64,000 bases of DNA. Origin: a virus. Of the stretch, positions 1 to 10,893 are shown in pieces (position 1 is the stretch's first letter; each line of letters opens with the position of its first letter). A program made the translations under genes and the position numbers. The notes under the pieces were generated by a model. The model made no database searches and had not been told where the DNA came from. It saw only the letters and a list, made by a program, of their open reading frames with translations. The stretch is from positions 1 to 64,000 of the IMG/VR virus record IMGVR_UViG_3300042691_005581; one strand, 5' to 3'.

Positions 1-2
1 AA

Positions 3-3000
3 GAAGAATGGGCATTTAGAATAGGAACTTTTGGAGCTTACTCATCATTAGATGAAATTGAGTTCCCGTTGCAAGAGTTTAAAATGGTTGACAATAGTCA
101 ATTGATCAATTTTGTAAATGAAGATCCTGTAATTGAATATGATTCTACAAATTATATTACCCCTGCTGATTTAACTATAACACCAATCGACTATTCTGTT
201 GATACTACATTTGATACTGTTAAAGAAGCAAATAATTTAAATCCATTTATCTTGCCTGTGGCCGGTTATATTAGGCTAGACGATGTTGATTATACTGTTA
301 AAACTAAAGAAGATTTATTTAATTTTGAACCAGGCAAAACAGTTAAACTAGGCGAAACTATTTGGGTAGGATTTGACAACAACAATGACTGGAATGCCTA
401 TAGATATGCAAGATTAAATTCAGCAGTTACTGCGGCATTTGATGTAGTTGCAGGCAAACAAATTGGCTTTTTAACAGACAAATATCACGGCCTTGCAGTT
501 GGTGATATTGTTGCCGTTACTAGATTTAATACCGAAGTTAACGGAATTTATAGAATTTCAGAAGTTCCTACGTTGGATCAATTTGTCGTTGAAACAGATA
601 AGTTTGCACCATCTGATACAAATATGTTCGGTGTGTTGTTTAAATTTTTACCTGCAAGATTTAATAAATTTGATGACCTTGCAGAACAACCATTTATTGC
701 AGATTTTAAAATTGGTAAGAAAATTTGGATTGACGAGAACGCTGACGGATTTTGGGAAGTTTATGAAAAGATTGACAACTATAATCCCTACAGAGTAACG
801 TATCCTTATATTATCGATCAGACAAAATTTGGATTTAAGATTGTATCTAAGGAAGAATCAGACATATTATTGACGTCTGCTCCGGCAGATTCTCAAGACG
901 CTAACAATGATGGTAGAATATATGTATATACTCATCGCAATGGCGTTATTAGAAAATTAGGAGATTATGCAGTCAACGCCGCCGCAAATCAGTACTATGA
1001 CAATGTAACCAATAGTGCAGAAATTGGCCGAAGTTTAGACTTTGACGGCATTAATCAAGTTATTGCAATTGGTGCTCCTTTTGCTAATGATGTTCGAGCA
1101 CCAATCGGGTCTTTGACTACTTATATTTCGGATACAGTTCCGGGAAGAAGTATGCCTAATGAGGGTTTAGTAATAATTTCAACAGCTAGTGAAGAAAAGG
1201 GAATTCAACATCATGTTAGACTAGCATGTCAAGAACCTGAAGCTGGTTTGAATTTTGGCTATGGCATATTTTTAGCAACAACTTCATCTACTAAAACATT
1301 GTTAGTCGGTGCCCCTGGCAAAGATGCAAATGCCGGTGCTGTATATTCTTATGATGTTGCGTATTCTGTGTCATTTGATGGTGCAACAACTCAGGTGGCT
1401 GCAACTGCTACAACTCAAATTAAATTACCTACAGACGGTATAGAATCTGGTTATCGATTCGGCGAAATTATTGCAGGCGACAAAACAGGTGCTCGGATAG
1501 CAGTAACTGCACCAGGATATGACAACAGTAAAGGTGCAGTTTACGTCTACAAAAACACTAGTACTTCGGTAGTAAATTATGTCAAGGTCCAAGAATTAAA
1601 ATGGAATGATGCAGCATTAGGCGGCAAAATATTAGATGACGGACAGTTTGGTTATGATATTGACATGGATGATTCTGGTAACTGGTTGTTTATTTCTGCA
1701 TATAATGCCAAAGACAGAGTTTTAGAAACAGGTAAAGTGGCAATATATAAATGGACAGGCGAAGAATTTGAGTTTACTCAAATATTAGATAATCCTTCTT
1801 CTGCTCCTGGCATGAAGTTCGGCCACAGTATTGAAACAGATGCCAGCGGTAACATTTTAACAATTTCTTCCTTGGGATCTAATTATTTTGATGCATTAAC
1901 TTTTGACGAAGCAACTACTACTTTTGATTCAGAATCTACTAAATTAGGAACACTGATAAGAAATTCTGGATCAGCTTACGTTTATAATAGATACGGTGAC
2001 AAATTTATTTTTGCTGACGAGTTGTTTAATTCTGATGTTAAAGAAAACAGTGACTACGGATATGCAGTATCGGTCAATAGGAACTCTATATATGTCAGCG
2101 CTCCTACTTATAGATTAGGCAACGAAACTATACAACGTGGAAACATTCATGTGTGGGATACAATTGATCCATCTATTAACAGTTGGAAATTATTGAGATC
2201 TCAAGAAGCACTAGTTGACATATCTAAATTTAAACAGATTAAAACAATAGACACGTTTAACCAATCAGTGATTGATTATCTCGAAATTATAGATCCTGTT
2301 AAGGGAAGGATTCCTCAGTTAGCTGATCAAGAAATTCGATATAAAACACCTTTCGATCCTGCGGTATATAATACAGGGACGAATGAAACTACAAATATTG
2401 AACCTATCAGTGCATGGTTTGACAACAATGTTGGCGAACTATGGTGGGATTTATCTTCTGTAAAATATGTATGGTATGAACAGGGCGAAGACGATTACAA
2501 AAAAAATGCATGGGGAACTTTGTTCCCGGGATGCACAATAGATGTATATGAATGGGTAAAATCTGAATACCTACCTGATAGATGGTCAATTGAAGCAGAC
2601 ACCACGGCCGGCCTTGCAGCAGGAATTAGTGGACAGCCAAAATATATTGATAACAGTGCATACAGTACTAGACTGATATATTCATCAGTTAGTGATTTAT
2701 TCACTAATGTTTATTATTTCTGGGTCAAAAATACTGTTATTATTCCAAACAGACAAGGTAGAATCATGTCAGCATATGATGTGTCTCTATTGATATCCGA
2801 TCCAAAATTATATGGATTAAAATATATACAACCATTGTCTAATAAATCTTTGTCTGTAGTTAACGTTAAAGAAAACTTAATTAATAATAGGGTGTCGTTA
2901 AACATACAAATAGATGAAATTGATAATCAAAGGAACAAACATACAGAATGGTTGTTATTAGAAGAAGGTTCTCATAGAAGTCTTCCTAACTTCATGCTAG

Positions 3001-6000
3001 AAAAGAAAATGATAGACAGTTTATTGGGACGCGATTCTCTAGGAAATGTAGTTCCTGATCCTAATCTTTCAGATCGATTAAAATATGGAATTGAGATTAG
3101 ACCGCGTCAGTCTATGTTTAAAAATAGAATAGCGGCCTTGCGAAATTTCATTGAATTTACAAATAATGTTTTTAAAGAAAATTTAATTATTGATTATTTC
3201 AGTTTAAAAACGTTAAACTCTAAGGAAGAAATTCCTAATATTACATTAGCAGAATACGATATTGTAGTAGACGACTTAGACCAATTAAACGAATTGGTTA
3301 CAACTTTTAAAAAGACTGCTCAGCTCGATTGTGAAATAACAGCTGGTAAGATTTCTAACGTAATAATTTTAGATTCTGGATTTGGTTATGGCAAGTTGGA
3401 ACCTAAACAGTACAATGCAGACGGTGAAGTTATTACATGGAGAGGCCCAAAAGTTGAAATACTTGGTGAGTCTAATACTGGATTAATTGAAACAGAAATT
3501 AACAACACAGGTGAAATAATTGCCGCTAATATAGTAGACGGGGGCAATAGTTATATTACTGTTCCTGAACTAACAGTTAGACCCTACTCTGTTCTGGTTA
3601 AATCAGATATAGAATCTAGAGGTCTTTGGTCTAAATATATATTAGTAGAAAATGAATTTATTAAGGTCCAAACACAGAGTTATAATACTTCCTTGTATTG
3701 GGATGTAGTAGATTGGGTATCACCTGAGTATAATCAATTTAGAAAAATAACAGCTACATATGAGCTGCCGTATGAAATATCTGAACTAGAACTTTCACCG
3801 GGCGACTATGTAAAAATTAATAATAATGGTCGCGGCCGATTCTTAATTTTAAAGAAATTAGCTCCTGGAGAAGTGGGCAAGTTTAACGAAAACTTTGATA
3901 TTGTTTATAGCGAAAAGGGCACTATTAAGATAAAGGACACTATTTGGAAGATTGATCAATCGCAGTTTGGATGGGATCAAACAGCACCGTATGACAACAC
4001 TTTCTGGGACCAAACACCGGATGTTGAAATTTCTAAAATTATTGAAGCACTGAAGAATGATATATTTGTTGGCAATCTAAAAATCTATTGGAACAAAACA
4101 TTTTTTGCCTGTGTAAAATATGCATTGACTGAACAAAAATTTGTTGATTGGGCATTTAAGACTAGTTTTATTTCTGTAGAAAATAAAGCAGGAGGATTAA
4201 CTCAACGTCCTGTTTACAAATTTCAAGATACACAATGGTATGAATCTTACTTAAAAGAGATAAAACCTTATCATACAAACATAAGAAATTATGTATTAAA
4301 TTACACAGTAGACGAACCTACTAGAACATTTACAACTGATTTTGATTTACCAGCAGTATATAACAGCACAACTGACTCATACGATCCGTTGACAGAGACT
4401 AATCCGTTAGTACTTCAATATCCTTATAGAGGATGGTATGACAATAGAAAATTATTTGTTGAAAAAATAGTCATTGATCATCCTGGATTAGAATATGTAG
4501 AACAGCCTATAGTTCAAATTATTGCAGCACCTGAAGATACAATTGTTCGTCCTGCAACGGCCGTTGCCTATGTATCTGCAGGCGGAATATATGCAGTTGA
4601 AGTAACTGATCCTGGTGAAGGTTATTCTGTAAACCCAACAGTAATTTTAACTGGCGGAGTATCAGAATCTGGCACACCTGCCAAACTTACCGCTCATATG
4701 TCTAATAAAAAAGTTAGGTCCAATCTTGTTGGAATTAAATTTGATAGAATTTCTTCTTCAAAAGAAATTGGAAATATGACAGCAACTGATACATTTGTCT
4801 CGTCTGGAGCAGTAACTGAATTTGAACTTTCGTGGCCTGCTAACCCTGATAAGAATGATGTCGACTTAACCATTGCTGGTATTAGTGTACCGTTTTCTGA
4901 CTATGATTTAGAAGACTTTGTCAAGGGCGAAGAGTATAAAAAAACATATACGAAATTAATTTTAAGAAATTCTCCAGCTGCTGATGTTATTATAAAAATA
5001 ACTTATAAAAAGAGTTTTGATATATACTCAGCATATGATAGAATTGAAGATTATTTTTCAACAGTACCTAAAGACTCTCCAGGAAAAAATAATCAAGAAA
5101 ATCATGCTCAATTGATGACAGGAATGGAATATCCTGGTACAACAATTTTAACAGAACCATTACAATCAAATTATACTTGGGATGCTGTGCCGTTTGATTC
5201 TATTTCTTGGAACAAATTGAACTTTGGCATTGACGATTTAGATGCATTGATTGATGGTGGAAATTTAACAACAGCAACAACTGGTCGATTTGCTACAGCG
5301 GCTGGAATAGATCCGGCAGATATTATTTTAGATGGCGACACATTTATATCTCCGTATAGAAGTTACGGCCCGGAAGAATTAGTACCCGGTGAAGTAAAAG
5401 AAACTTTGGGTATCAGCGTATTTGCTAGAGAATCTTCTGGCAGTCCTATGATATATACTCAATTTTCTAAAGCAGTTGCTGGAATAGAAACTACAATTCC
5501 TTTGAAAATTACTCCACCGTCGGTAGGATCTGTTCGACTAACATATAATCAAACAGTGTTAAAAGGTGTCACAGGGGACGAGTACTTAATTGCTGACAAT
5601 GTTTACAGAATAGATTTTGACGAAAAAACAATTTATGTAAAAGCACAAACTGCCGACGGTGACATTGCAGTTACATATATGGATGTGGGCGGCAGTAATT
5701 TTATTAGTATGAATCATTCATATAGTGAAGGATCTACTACCGCTGCGGTATTAGGTGATTGCCAACTTGATCAAGTTGGTAGTGTTTATGTTACTCTTGA
5801 TGGTAAAAGAGTTACAGCAACTGTAAGCACCAATACCTTCTATTACCAGTTAACTGAATCAGTTCCTGGTGTTGATAGACGTGCAAAAGTAACAATTTAT
5901 GGGTTAGGTGTAACAGGTAAGAAGACACTAACTGCGGCATTTTTTGTAGCTGCTTATAAAGGATTTAGTGAAGTTTATGAACAACTGCTTGATAATGTAT

Positions 6001-7523
6001 TTGCAGGATTTCGTTTAATTACTCTAACACAGCCGCCCGGCTCACTAGGTCCTATTACTGCCAATTCTATAGTAGAAGTAAATGGACAGCGAATTATACC
6101 TCCAAATACTACATATTACGAAATTACCAATGTAAATCAATTGTCGTTTGATATCAGTACAAAAGAAGTATATCCTTCTAATACTTTTGACAAAACAAGA
6201 ATTGAAGTTTACAAGAACGGAGAGTTAATTATTCCTGTTGATTATTATCTTGACGATAACAATAACAAGATAATGTTTCCTGCAGGGTTCTTTGAAGTGG
6301 GCGATGTATTAGCTATTACTGCATTCATTGATTGCGATTATTTTATTAGAGGAAATATTTTAGAAATTACTGAACGAATTCCGCTAACATTCCCTAACTA
6401 TGTTAGAATTTTAACGTTCACTAATCATGATGCAAGTTTCATTAGAACAGAAGTGTTTAATGCAACTAGTACAAAATTATATAAAATTTCTAGAAAAATT
6501 ATAAATGATAATTTTGTTTGGGTAACAGTTGGTAATAAAACATTAACTAGCGGAATTGATTTTAAAATTACAGATGATGGATTTACAGTTCAATTGGATT
6601 CTACCATTCCTTACATTGAAGGCGAGGATGTTATAATTACTTCTTTCGGTGATAGACAAGCAGGCCGCACAGTGGGATACAGAATTTTTAAAGATCCATT
6701 AAACAGACAACATTTTAAAAGATTGGCAAAACCGTTTACTACCTATTTGACCCAACCGTTGATGTTAACTGATACTGAAATTCATGTTGCAAATGCAGCA
6801 GTACTACCAGATCCTGATCTACGATTTAACGTTCCTGGGATAATTTTAATTGCAGGCGAGAGAGTAGAATATCTTGAAAAGAATAATAATGTTCTTTCTA
6901 AAATAAAGCGTGCAACATTGGGTACAGGTGCCAAAGAATATCTTGCACAAGGTACTTGGGTAATTGATCAGGGAAAGAAACAAACAGTTCCTTTTAAAGA
7001 AACTATTGCTGTTCAAACAATTAATACAAGCACATTTTCTACAACAATTAACACATCTACAATTAAATTTAGTACATTAGCAGCAATGCATGACCAGATT
7101 GAAGTATATTATGGTGGTAAACTTTTAGAAAAACCTACAGCTGAAGGCGTATTTAGATATGTTCATGATGCAACTTCGTACTACGATCCTGTAAATATGA
7201 CAGTGAAGAATCCAGAATTCATTGTTACAGGCACCATAGTTACTGCAACGTTAGTATTATCATTTACGCCTAACAAAGACGTAAGTATTTCAATAGTACA
7301 ACGTCGAACTACAAACTGGTATGACGGATCTTCTTCTACACTATTTGAATCTAAACCTGATGAATCGGTATTGCTGATTACAACTACACCGCCGGTTATG
7401 TTTATTAAACAAACTGAAGCAGTTAGTGTTGATCAATTATACTACGGTGGAGATACAACATTGCGATTAGACGACGGAACAGCTCTACTATTAGACGATG
7501 GAAGAGAAATTAAAGGATATTAA
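3..7523 (+). CDS. Very large virion structural protein (baseplate wedge/hub-like) with FG-GAP-like beta-propeller repeats; 5' end lies outside the window
   Basis: Frame is open from position 3 (EEWAFRIG...), so the TTG at 69 is probably not the true start. Repeated FG..[IV]..GAP motifs (IAIGAPF, LLVGAPG, AVTAPG, YVSAPT) and repeated I.I.D.G.GY...P.V modules typical of phage baseplate proteins; heads a tail gene block. Confidence 0.7.
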   Translation, partial: EEWAFRIGTFGAYSSLDEIEFPLQEFKMVDNSQLINFVNEDPVIEYDSTNYITPADLTITPIDYSVDTTFDTVKEANNLNPFILPVAGYIRLDDVDYTVKTKEDLFNFEPGKTVKLGETIWVGFDNNNDWNAYRYARLNSAVTAAFDVVAGKQIGFLTDKYHGLAVGDIVAVTRFNTEVNGIYRISEVPTLDQFVVETDKFAPSDTNMFGVLFKFLPARFNKFDDLAEQPFIADFKIGKKIWIDENADGFWEVYEKIDNYNPYRVTYPYIIDQTKFGFKIVSKEESDILLTSAPADSQDANNDGRIYVYTHRNGVIRKLGDYAVNAAANQYYDNVTNSAEIGRSLDFDGINQVIAIGAPFANDVRAPIGSLTTYISDTVPGRSMPNEGLVIISTASEEKGIQHHVRLACQEPEAGLNFGYGIFLATTSSTKTLLVGAPGKDANAGAVYSYDVAYSVSFDGATTQVAATATTQIKLPTDGIESGYRFGEIIAGDKTGARIAVTAPGYDNSKGAVYVYKNTSTSVVNYVKVQELKWNDAALGGKILDDGQFGYDIDMDDSGNWLFISAYNAKDRVLETGKVAIYKWTGEEFEFTQILDNPSSAPGMKFGHSIETDASGNILTISSLGSNYFDALTFDEATTTFDSESTKLGTLIRNSGSAYVYNRYGDKFIFADELFNSDVKENSDYGYAVSVNRNSIYVSAPTYRLGNETIQRGNIHVWDTIDPSINSWKLLRSQEALVDISKFKQIKTIDTFNQSVIDYLEIIDPVKGRIPQLADQEIRYKTPFDPAVYNTGTNETTNIEPISAWFDNNVGELWWDLSSVKYVWYEQGEDDYKKNAWGTLFPGCTIDVYEWVKSEYLPDRWSIEADTTAGLAAGISGQPKYIDNSAYSTRLIYSSVSDLFTNVYYFWVKNTVIIPNRQGRIMSAYDVSLLISDPKLYGLKYIQPLSNKSLSVVNVKENLINNRVSLNIQIDEIDNQRNKHTEWLLLEEGSHRSLPNFMLEKKMIDSLLGRDSLGNVVPDPNLSDRLKYGIEIRPRQSMFKNRIAALRNFIEFTNNVFKENLIIDYFSLKTLNSKEEIPNITLAEYDIVVDDLDQLNELVTTFKKTAQLDCEITAGKISNVIILDSGFGYGKLEPKQYNADGEVITWRGPKVEILGESNTGLIETEINNTGEIIAANIVDGGNSYITVPELTVRPYSVLVKSDIESRGLWSKYILVENEFIKVQTQSYNTSLYWDVVDWVSPEYNQFRKITATYELPYEISELELSPGDYVKINNNGRGRFLILKKLAPGEVGKFNENFDIVYSEKGTIKIKDTIWKIDQSQFGWDQTAPYDNTFWDQTPDVEISKIIEALKNDIFVGNLKIYWNKTFFACVKYALTEQKFVDWAFKTSFISVENKAGGLTQRPVYKFQDTQWYESYLKEIKPYHTNIRNYVLNYTVDEPTRTFTTDFDLPAVYNSTTDSYDPLTETNPLVLQYPYRGWYDNRKLFVEKIVIDHPGLEYVEQPIVQIIAAPEDTIVRPATAVAYVSAGGIYAVEVTDPGEGYSVNPTVILTGGVSESGTPAKLTAHMSNKKVRSNLVGIKFDRISSSKEIGNMTATDTFVSSGAVTEFELSWPANPDKNDVDLTIAGISVPFSDYDLEDFVKGEEYKKTYTKLILRNSPAADVIIKITYKKSFDIYSAYDRIEDYFSTVPKDSPGKNNQENHAQLMTGMEYPGTTILTEPLQSNYTWDAVPFDSISWNKLNFGIDDLDALIDGGNLTTATTGRFATAAGIDPADIILDGDTFISPYRSYGPEELVPGEVKETLGISVFARESSGSPMIYTQFSKAVAGIETTIPLKITPPSVGSVRLTYNQTVLKGVTGDEYLIADNVYRIDFDEKTIYVKAQTADGDIAVTYMDVGGSNFISMNHSYSEGSTTAAVLGDCQLDQVGSVYVTLDGKRVTATVSTNTFYYQLTESVPGVDRRAKVTIYGLGVTGKKTLTAAFFVAAYKGFSEVYEQLLDNVFAGFRLITLTQPPGSLGPITANSIVEVNGQRIIPPNTTYYEITNVNQLSFDISTKEVYPSNTFDKTRIEVYKNGELIIPVDYYLDDNNNKIMFPAGFFEVGDVLAITAFIDCDYFIRGNILEITERIPLTFPNYVRILTFTNHDASFIRTEVFNATSTKLYKISRKIINDNFVWVTVGNKTLTSGIDFKITDDGFTVQLDSTIPYIEGEDVIITSFGDRQAGRTVGYRIFKDPLNRQHFKRLAKPFTTYLTQPLMLTDTEIHVANAAVLPDPDLRFNVPGIILIAGERVEYLEKNNNVLSKIKRATLGTGAKEYLAQGTWVIDQGKKQTVPFKETIAVQTINTSTFSTTINTSTIKFSTLAAMHDQIEVYYGGKLLEKPTAEGVFRYVHDATSYYDPVNMTVKNPEFIVTGTIVTATLVLSFTPNKDVSISIVQRRTTNWYDGSSSTLFESKPDESVLLITTTPPVMFIKQTEAVSVDQLYYGGDTTLRLDDGTALLLDDGREIKGY

Positions 7524-7534
7524 AAGGAATAAAA

Positions 7535-8551
7535 ATGACAACAATTTCAAATTTACCAAGAGTTACGAGTATAGGAAGTAATAGTTTATTTCTTGTTGTC
7601 GAAAACGGCATCTCTAAAGTAGTAACCTGGTCTTTTATAGAAAATAATATTAAGGGAGCTCAGGGTTTTAGAGGATCTTCGGGTTTCCAAGGCAGTCGCG
7701 GACCAATCGGTTTTACGGGAAGCTCTTCGGGATTTGTCGGTAGTCGAGGCGAAAAGGGCGATATAGGAAGTCCTGGGGGATTTATAGGTAGTCGTGGTTA
7801 TACAGGCAGTCAAGGTTTTACAGGTAGTCGAGGCGTTGTAGGCAGTCAAGGTTTTACAGGTAGTCAGGGAGCTGGATTTGTAGGTAGTCAAGGGCTAGGG
7901 GCAACTGGATTTGTCGGCAGTGTAGGATTTGTTGGTAGTGTTGGTGTTGGATTTGTTGGTAGTCGAGGCGAAAAAGGTGATCCAGGAAATCCTGGAGGTT
8001 ATACTGGTAGTTCTGGCTCAGTAGCAGCACAAGGTTATACTGGTAGCAGTGGCTCTGGTTCTGGTTCTGGATTCTTAGGTAGCCGAGGTTTTGTGGGCAG
8101 CGTAGGTTTTGCGGGCAGCGGAGGAATTGTTGGATTTACTGGCAGTTCTGGTACAGGAGGAGGCTCGGGACTAAGCACTAGAATTGCAGCATCATCTACT
8201 ACAGGATCTTTGACTGCAAATCAGTCTGCAAATTTAACTATTACAGGTTATAAATCGTATGCATTATTAAAAGTGCAAACCAGCAGTGCAGCATGGGTGA
8301 GAATTTATACAAACGCTGCATACCGAACTGCTGACGCCAGTAGAACACAAGGAACCGACCCTGCCCCAGGAAGCGGAGTTATAGCTGAAATTATCACAAT
8401 TGGTGCTACTACTCAAATAATTACACCGGGTGCTATAGGATGGAATGATGATTCTCCTGCATCCTCGTCAGTGTATGTTGCCGTGACAAACTTGAGTGGA
8501 GTTACTCAAACTATAACAGTTACATTAACAATGTTGCAGTTGGAGGTATAA
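7535..8551 (+). CDS. Collagen-like (Gly-X-Y) fibre protein
   Basis: About 170 aa of G-F/Y-x-G-S-x repeats plus GEKGD triplets; N-terminal TISNLP motif; AAGGA RBS. Confidence 0.8.
   Translation: MTTISNLPRVTSIGSNSLFLVVENGISKVVTWSFIENNIKGAQGFRGSSGFQGSRGPIGFTGSSSGFVGSRGEKGDIGSPGGFIGSRGYTGSQGFTGSRGVVGSQGFTGSQGAGFVGSQGLGATGFVGSVGFVGSVGVGFVGSRGEKGDPGNPGGYTGSSGSVAAQGYTGSSGSGSGSGFLGSRGFVGSVGFAGSGGIVGFTGSSGTGGGSGLSTRIAASSTTGSLTANQSANLTITGYKSYALLKVQTSSAAWVRIYTNAAYRTADASRTQGTDPAPGSGVIAEIITIGATTQIITPGAIGWNDDSPASSSVYVAVTNLSGVTQTITVTLTMLQLEV
7660..8150 (+). repeat. Imperfect coding tandem repeats (GFTGSQ/GFVGSR units)
   Basis: e.g. ggcagtcaaggttttacaggtagtc at 7805 and 7841; ggtagtcgaggcgaaaa occurs twice. 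Confidence 0.8.
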
Positions 8552-8553
8552 TC

Positions 8554-10218
8554 ATGTCTATTAAAGAGTATGTAGTAACATTGAAAAATCATAGCGATTT
8601 AGAAAATTTTTATATCGATATGGAAACTGAGGGCGGCAACCTCTTTATTCCTAACAGGCCAGTATCAGTTGCAAATCGACGGCCTGTAAGTCGAAACACG
8701 CACTACATGCTTACTGACGAGGAAGCGGCAATATTGAGAAATGATCCTAGGGTACTTGGAGTAGAACTAACTCCGGAGGAGTTAGGAATTGAGCCGGTGC
8801 CGCTATATACACAATCTTCAGTTACCTGGAATAGAAGCAGCACGACTAGTGTAAATTCTCATAGAAATTGGGGATTATATAGATGCACACTAGCCTCTAA
8901 TGTTCCCAATTGGGGTGATCGGAAATCTGCCACTGACTCAACTCCTGCTACACAATCAGCATCAGGATCTATCAATATTACAGCCAGCGGAAAACACGTT
9001 GACGTAATAATTGTAGATGGACACATGGATCCAACACATCCTGAATATGCCGTTAATCCAGACGGCACTGGCGGATCAAGAGTGCAGCAATACAATTGGT
9101 TTACGCACAATCCTGATGTAACAGGGGGTGCAGTATCCACTTATGCATATCCTCCATATGTTGACGAAAACGACCCTCAAAGAACTAATGATAATGATCA
9201 TGGTGCTCACGTTGCAGGAACCGCTTGCGGTAATAGTCAGGGATGGGCAAGAGATTGTAACATATACAATATTAGTCCGTATAGTACCAATGTTAACCCA
9301 CTTAGTAGTTTGAATCTTTTTGACTACATAAAGATATTTCATAGAAACAAACCAGTCAACCCACTAACTGGTAGAAAAAATCCTACAGTAGTTAACAACA
9401 GTTGGGGGTATAGAACGTCCATTATTGTATCAGACATTACTTTGATATTTTATAGGGGTCAACAATACAACGGTCCTTTTACGTCTACCCAATTATTATC
9501 AGACTACGGAATTCGAAGCAGTGGTGGTAGAGCAATCATACCTTATAGATATCTTGCATTAGAAGCTGATATTCAAGATTGTATAAATGAGGGAATAATT
9601 TTTATAGGCGCGGCTGGTAATGATTCTTACAAAATTGACTCAGTTAACGGCACCGACTACGAAAATTATTTAAGAACAAGTTCAAATTACTACTATCATA
9701 GGGGAATGAGTCCAGCTAGTGACTCTACGTCCTTGTGTGTAGGTGCAGTAAATGCCAATGCAAGTGAAGAAAAGGCTAGTTTTAGTAATTGTGGTCCTCG
9801 AATCGATGTTTATGCTCCTGGTTCTTTTATCATGAGTTCAGTTAACAGTGCATATGGAACATACGATTTTAGAGATGAATTTAAATATATTGATAAATTT
9901 AGCGGAACCAGTATGGCCAGTCCGCAAGTTTGTGGTATTGTTGCATGTCTTTTAGAAATATATCCAAATTGGAATCAACTAAATGTCAATAGCTACATAC
10001 ATCAAATTTCAAAAGTTGGGAAATTAACAGATACTTTTGGAGGTTATGCTGACTTATTCTCGTTACAAGGTTCGACAAATAGATTTTTATTTTATAAAAA
10101 CGAAAGACCGATTGAAGGGCAAATTTTACCAAAAGCAGCAGTTGGCTTACGGGCAACTTCGGGTCAAGTATATCCGAGACCCCGAATATACTCTTATGGA
10201 CTACAGGTAGCAAACTGA
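8554..10218 (+). CDS. Subtilisin-like serine protease (S8) with N-terminal propeptide
   Basis: Catalytic motifs VIIVDG, HGAHVAGT, oxyanion AAGND and FSGTSMASPQV. Confidence 0.9.
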   Translation: MSIKEYVVTLKNHSDLENFYIDMETEGGNLFIPNRPVSVANRRPVSRNTHYMLTDEEAAILRNDPRVLGVELTPEELGIEPVPLYTQSSVTWNRSSTTSVNSHRNWGLYRCTLASNVPNWGDRKSATDSTPATQSASGSINITASGKHVDVIIVDGHMDPTHPEYAVNPDGTGGSRVQQYNWFTHNPDVTGGAVSTYAYPPYVDENDPQRTNDNDHGAHVAGTACGNSQGWARDCNIYNISPYSTNVNPLSSLNLFDYIKIFHRNKPVNPLTGRKNPTVVNNSWGYRTSIIVSDITLIFYRGQQYNGPFTSTQLLSDYGIRSSGGRAIIPYRYLALEADIQDCINEGIIFIGAAGNDSYKIDSVNGTDYENYLRTSSNYYYHRGMSPASDSTSLCVGAVNANASEEKASFSNCGPRIDVYAPGSFIMSSVNSAYGTYDFRDEFKYIDKFSGTSMASPQVCGIVACLLEIYPNWNQLNVNSYIHQISKVGKLTDTFGGYADLFSLQGSTNRFLFYKNERPIEGQILPKAAVGLRATSGQVYPRPRIYSYGLQVAN

Positions 10219-10237
10219 GCTAAGGATAAATATCACT

Positions 10238-10891
10238 ATGGACAATAAAGAAACTGAAAATATGCAAAATCAGCAACCACAATCACAGCCTAACGAAAAT
10301 GGTCAAATTCGCCTGCAAGGCCACATTAAAATTTTTGATCCCAAAACAAATGAAGTATTTGTTGACAAAAGAAATGCAATTCATTACGAGAATTTCTCTA
10401 TTGCATTAGCTAGCGGTGTGAGCAATCAAGAAACTGGTGTTATTGCAGAAATGGTATTTGGCAATGGTGGTAGTAGAATCGATCCTACAGGTATTATCAC
10501 ATACTTAACTCCAAATACATCAGGTGGCGCAGCATCGTTGTACAACCAAACGTACTATAAAACAGTTGACGGTAGGAATCCTAATTCTAAAGATCCTACA
10601 AGAAATTACATGGAAGTAAGGCACATTACTGGAACTTATTATAGTGATATATTGATCAGTTGCTTACTTGACTACGGCGAGCCATCTGGGCAATCTGCAT
10701 TTGACACCGCAAGTGATCAAAACAGTCAATTCGTATTTGATGAATTAGGACTAAAAAGTTATAGTACAGATGGGCCTAATGCAGGTCTATTATTAACTCA
10801 TGTAATTTTTCACCCTGTTCAAAAATCTTTAAACAGACTAATTCAGGTAGATTATACCATCAGAGTGCAGAGTCTAACTAGTGGAATTTAA
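10238..10891 (+). CDS. Conserved virion structural protein
   Basis: Lies in the tail block, preceded by ATAAATA; FDELGL and IQVDYTIRV-type motifs seen in tail/baseplate proteins. Confidence 0.55.
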   Translation: MDNKETENMQNQQPQSQPNENGQIRLQGHIKIFDPKTNEVFVDKRNAIHYENFSIALASGVSNQETGVIAEMVFGNGGSRIDPTGIITYLTPNTSGGAASLYNQTYYKTVDGRNPNSKDPTRNYMEVRHITGTYYSDILISCLLDYGEPSGQSAFDTASDQNSQFVFDELGLKSYSTDGPNAGLLLTHVIFHPVQKSLNRLIQVDYTIRVQSLTSGI

Positions 10892-10893
10892 CA

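Noticed and set aside
7660-8150. CRISPR array or DGR-type repeat
   Set aside because: Repeats are in-frame codons for a collagen-like peptide, with no unique spacers and no reverse transcriptase nearby.
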